The notes below the pieces were generated by a model that did no database searches, had not been told where the DNA came from, and saw nothing but the letters and a program-made list of their open reading frames with translations. 64,000 bases of DNA from Eledone cirrhosa (Eukaryota). This document shows positions 59,822-64,000 of the stretch, piece by piece (positions within the stretch are counted from its first letter, which is position 1; every line of letters begins with the position of its first letter). The translations under genes and the position numbers were made by a program. The stretch lies in the NCBI GenBank assembly GCA_964016885.1, contig OZ024744.1:34782001-34846000 (forward strand). The letters run 5' to 3'.

Positions 59822-61644
59822 CAACACTGATACAATCTAAATATAAAAAAGCTGATCCTGCTACTTACTATGCCATCAATGACGAGGCGAAGGATATAGC
59901 CACCACCCTCAAAGTAGATAACAAGTTAGAATGCTTGTCTAATAAACCAACATACAGATTCAAAAACCCTGCCAAATTGAATTTCGACTTGTAAGTAAGG
60001 TCATATTTAAAAACATTAATAGAGCTAAGAAAACTAGTTTCACTTAATTTGATATAGTTGAATCTTACCCTACGATCTCCAGGGCCTTATGTGATAAGGC
60101 CTTGAATTTTGCTACCAATTTCACTAATATATACGAGTTATACATGTTAGTTAAATCCCTCTTCTTTAATAATGAGGAATTCTAGATAAAGAAATCCATT
60201 AACAATGACCTATTCGATGTGTCAACGGGATCATTTGATGGTGCTGATATATGTGATATGGTGGGCTTTTTATCTTAGACAAACTACGTAAGAAATTCCC
60301 TGACTTACATACGGGCCTATATCATGATGACGGTCTGGCACTATCAAGCTATAAATGTAACCATGACCTTGACACATTTAGAAAAAAAAATCTGATTACT
60401 ACCTTCTACAACTTAGGACTAAAAATTACAATATCTACCAACCTCACCTGTGTTAACTTCCTAGACGTTAATTTAGACTTATCTACATGCACATATAGAC
60501 TATTCCAAAAACCCAGTGAGAAACTTAGATACATTCATAAGGACTCCAGCTTCCCCCACTATAGTTTTTAAAAACCTCATTAATAACTGTTTCTACTTTA
60601 GGCACAAGGCCAGCAATCACCCAGTGCATTACTGGTACTTTATTTTATCGACCCCGTAAGGATGAAAGGCAAAGTCAACCTCGGCGGGATTTGAACTCAG
60701 ATCGTAAAGGGACGTAACTATGCTGGAAAGCATGGCGTCCGACCCTCTACCGATACTGCCAATCCACCGCCCTTTAATAACATCAGTAAAAGGGTTTCCA
60801 ACCTCTCTTCTCGCAAAGCCATCTTTGACAAGAAAAAGAAATAGACATATAGCCATCGTGTGTTTCACACCACCGTTCACACTCAATATGAAAACCAATA
60901 TAGGTGTTAAAATTCCTATCCCTCCTAGATTTTCTCTTCCCTGCAGACCATAAATACTGACAAATATCCAATCGCTATACAGTGAAAATAGGCGATTCTT
61001 GTACCAGTAACCTAAAATCCCACATCACCGACAAACGCAAAAACCTTCCATCTTACAGATGCTTATGCTGAAGGTTAGAAGCATATATGAAGCAGCAGTG
61101 ACCTCCACCAACCAGGACCAACAAACTGAAGCCTGGACTTATGTAGGGATGACTGAGAGTCGTTCAAATGCTGTTTCCTAAATCACGCAACAACTTTGAG
61201 ACATCCTGACAGGAACACACCACTCAGCTCGCGAAGCATGTGTGGAACTTCGAAAATAATGGCACAGCATTCTCCATTAAATGGAGAATATTAGAAAAAT
61301 CCACCCCCTTTGTCAATGGGACGAAATTTTGCTAGCTGTGTAACTTGGAGAAGTGGGATATATTCTCACAACTGGCTTCAGGAAAACGCCGTTTAACTAC
61401 CCACCTCGACTGCTTTAGTAGCTGTGTCAAAATGAAACAAAATTCCTTCTGAAAATAGACCGGAAAAACAGGATTAACTGAATTTATTTTCTTCGTTTTT
61501 TCAACTTAACTCTTGGGCGCCTTGTACAACACGTTTCCCCCTTTTAGTTTTTTTATAATTACCTCTCTGTTTATATAACAGACTGAATGAGTTAGTGTGT
61601 ATAACCAACGAAACTTAAGTACCGGTATATGTCACTGTTGTAAC

Positions 61645-61650
<6 letters not shown>
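59822..61650 (+). mobile_element. Decayed Penelope-like element interrupted by a SINE
   Basis: Remnants NPAK, FDIVE, GSFDGADICD, GLYHDDGL, VNFLDV and YVGMTE; HHR-like motif at 61583-61621. Confidence 0.82.
60588..60773 (-). mobile_element. Full-length tRNA-derived SINE with 8-bp TSD TTAATAAC
   Basis: TSD at 60580-60587 and 60774-60781. Removing the SINE restores the PLE frame KNLINNISKRVSNLSS. Confidence 0.9.
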
Positions 61651-61718
<68 letters not shown>

Positions 61719-61944
61719 TATATATATATATATATATATTCATTTTATATCTTGTCTGGTGACCCTGTGATAAACATGCGAATCTCCAGTGAAACAAAAC
61801 CCATTATTTAACCTGTATTTAATCTGTATGTGTGAGCACTCTGCTTTCCTTTTTGGTTGGTATCCGAGTGATGCTGGCTTAATTAAAGCATTGGGTAAGT
61901 GACAGAATGATCGGAGACACACCGGTTCTTCCGATCACTTCGTT

Positions 61945-62236
61945 TGCAGCATAGAGTTGTGGCCCTTTACGTTCTGAGTTCAAATATCACCGAGGTTAAC
62001 TTTGCCTTTCATTCTTACGTGGTCGATAAAATAAAATAACAGTAATACACTGGAGTAATTGCTTGCCTTGTGCCAAAAGTAGAAACAATTATTATAAAAT
62101 AAAGTACCAGTAATGCACTGGAGTAATTGCTGACCTTGTGCCTAAAGTAGAAGCAATTATTATAAAATAAAGTACCAGTAATGCACTGAGGTAAGAGGTA
62201 ATTGATGGCTTTGTACCAAAAGTAGAAACAATTATT
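61945..62236 (+). mobile_element. SINE with a triplicated ~70-bp 3' end
   Basis: AAAATAAAGTACCAGTAATGCACTG...AGTAGAAACAATTATT occurs three times. Confidence 0.8.
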
Positions 62237-62237
62237 C

Positions 62238-62269
<32 letters not shown>

Positions 62270-62669
62270 CGTTGACATTCGTATATTCAGCAGCTGTTTG
62301 GAAAGTCATCATTTCCGTTTTGTTCGTGTTGTAGCAATGTTGCTTCTGATTATGTTGTTTTGTTTTTTGTGTTGTTAAATGTATTTTTTTTTTTTTTTTT
62401 TTTTTTTAGTAAACAATAAATATTTTCTTCCGTCTTATTACATATGCTATTCGTTCCATCATCCATGAAGAGCTTTTAGTAGGAAATTATTTAACAAAAT
62501 AGACAAATAAACGAACAATCAAACAATAATATTAATATGAAAAAAGCACTTACAAGAATGACAGTGGTAGCAGGTTGTCACATCAGCTGAATATGTTCTT
62601 TTATATGGAGATTAACGAACGAAAGGCATGTCTGTCCCATTATATTTTGTATGAAAGTGTGTGTGTGTG

Positions 62670-62700
<31 letters not shown>

Positions 62701-62959
62701 CTATATATATGTGTGTGTAAAAGGTAAACAGAAATAACAATATGTGTGTGTGTCTGTGTTTGTAAAAGGTAAGCAGAATATAATAACAATATACATATGT
62801 ATATAATAACAATATATATAAATATATATATATGTGTGTGTGTGTGTGTGTAAAAGGTAAACAGAAATAACAATATATATATGTGTGTGTGTGCAAAATG
62901 GTTGTGTTTAGGAAGCCGTTAGAATGCAGGTGGCTTTGAAATGCCAATTTTTTAGGAGT

Positions 62960-63203
62960 ATGGGGAAAGTCGATTAAATCGATCTCACTGCATTACAGGT
63001 ACTTTATTATATCGATCTCGTAATGATGAAAGGCAAAGCTAACTTCGGCGGGATTTGAACTCAGAACTGTCAATCCACCTTCTGAGTAATAATATAATAA
63101 TTGTTTCTACATTTGGTACAAGGCCAGCAATTACCCAGTGCATTACTGGTACTTTATTTTATCGACCCCGTAAGGATGAAAGGCAAAGTCAACCTCGGCG
63201 GGA
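62960..63203 (-). mobile_element. Two partial SINE copies
   Basis: Match the SINE core. Confidence 0.75.
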
Positions 63204-63559
63204 TAATATAATAATATAATATAATAATATATAATATAATAATAATATAATATAATAATAATGTAATAATATAATAATAAACTGGCAACCTCAACAAGCT
63301 TGTTTGGCGAGGAGGGTGATTTTTAGAAACCCCGCGGGATGAAAAACGAAACTCATCAAAGGGTGGAGGAATTCAGGAGAGTTAACAGCCATCCAAAGAT
63401 TCGTAAAATCCCCTGCTGTGGAGTACAAAATATTAGATTGATGACCAGCGCAGGGTAGCTCACTTCAATTTTAAGGTTTGGGTGCCCCTTAAAATCGTTT
63501 ACGTCACCTTCTAGAGATGGTGTCACAAAACAAAATATATATATATATATATATACCTG

Positions 63560-64000
63560 TCATGGTGGAACCTTAGAACCACTAACTTCAAAGAGTGAAA
63601 TGAATCAAAACATTTGTTTAGTCAAAGACGTGAATGGTAGTGGAGCTACTAGTGATATGCCTCGTCCAGTAGGTGGTTGAGCAGCATAGGCCCGGTCGTC
63701 ATCATGACATTGCTAATATGAAGTGGAGTAAGGAGTAAACAAGGTTGTTATGGAGTGTTATTTTAGAAGCAGGCCTGTGAATGGAAATGGTGTGTCAATA
63801 TAGACAAAGGATGTTACAGGTACGACAGGAGATGGGGCTCTTTGAATTAACTGGGCAGAAGATTTGTGATTAGGCAAGGGCAATACGCAGAAACGGATGG
63901 TTATCTGAGATTCAGATTGACATGATAACGAAAAATATAAACCAGGAAGGTGTGGAGGATATAGAAACTCAGGAATCCAACAGGAAGAATATTCGATGTG
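63560..64000 (+). mobile_element. Decayed 5' region of a second R4/Dong-like element, running off the window
   Basis: Remnants KWSKE.NKVVMECYF and KICD*ARAIRRNGWLSEIQID parallel KWSREDNKVVLEAFY..IVKKKLLTDIEID at ~20110-20320. Confidence 0.6.

Overview
AT-rich animal genomic DNA; the repeat landscape suggests a mollusc, probably a cephalopod (inference). The only host coding sequence I can support is one 343-nt exon (7685-8027, +) of a TRPC/TRP-gamma-type cation channel, so most of the window is probably intronic. The rest comprises a ~5.8-kb 18-bp minisatellite, many microsatellites, tRNA-derived SINEs, decayed non-LTR retrotransposons of several clades (CRE, Tx1/L1, R4/Dong, RTE, CR1) and many Penelope-like elements (PLEs). 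The most striking signal is more than 15 hammerhead-ribozyme (HHR) motifs, identified by eye. Some lie in PLE termini and others in ORF-less foldback elements inserted in (TA)n. They include a conserved non-canonical core (CCGAAGA), a stem II carrying an ~85-nt insert, and several hairpins that fold back at the ribozyme core. A ~3-kb palindrome has a PLE terminus fragment at its centre. Long low-complexity ORFs in the track are repeat artefacts. Repeat boundaries are approximate.
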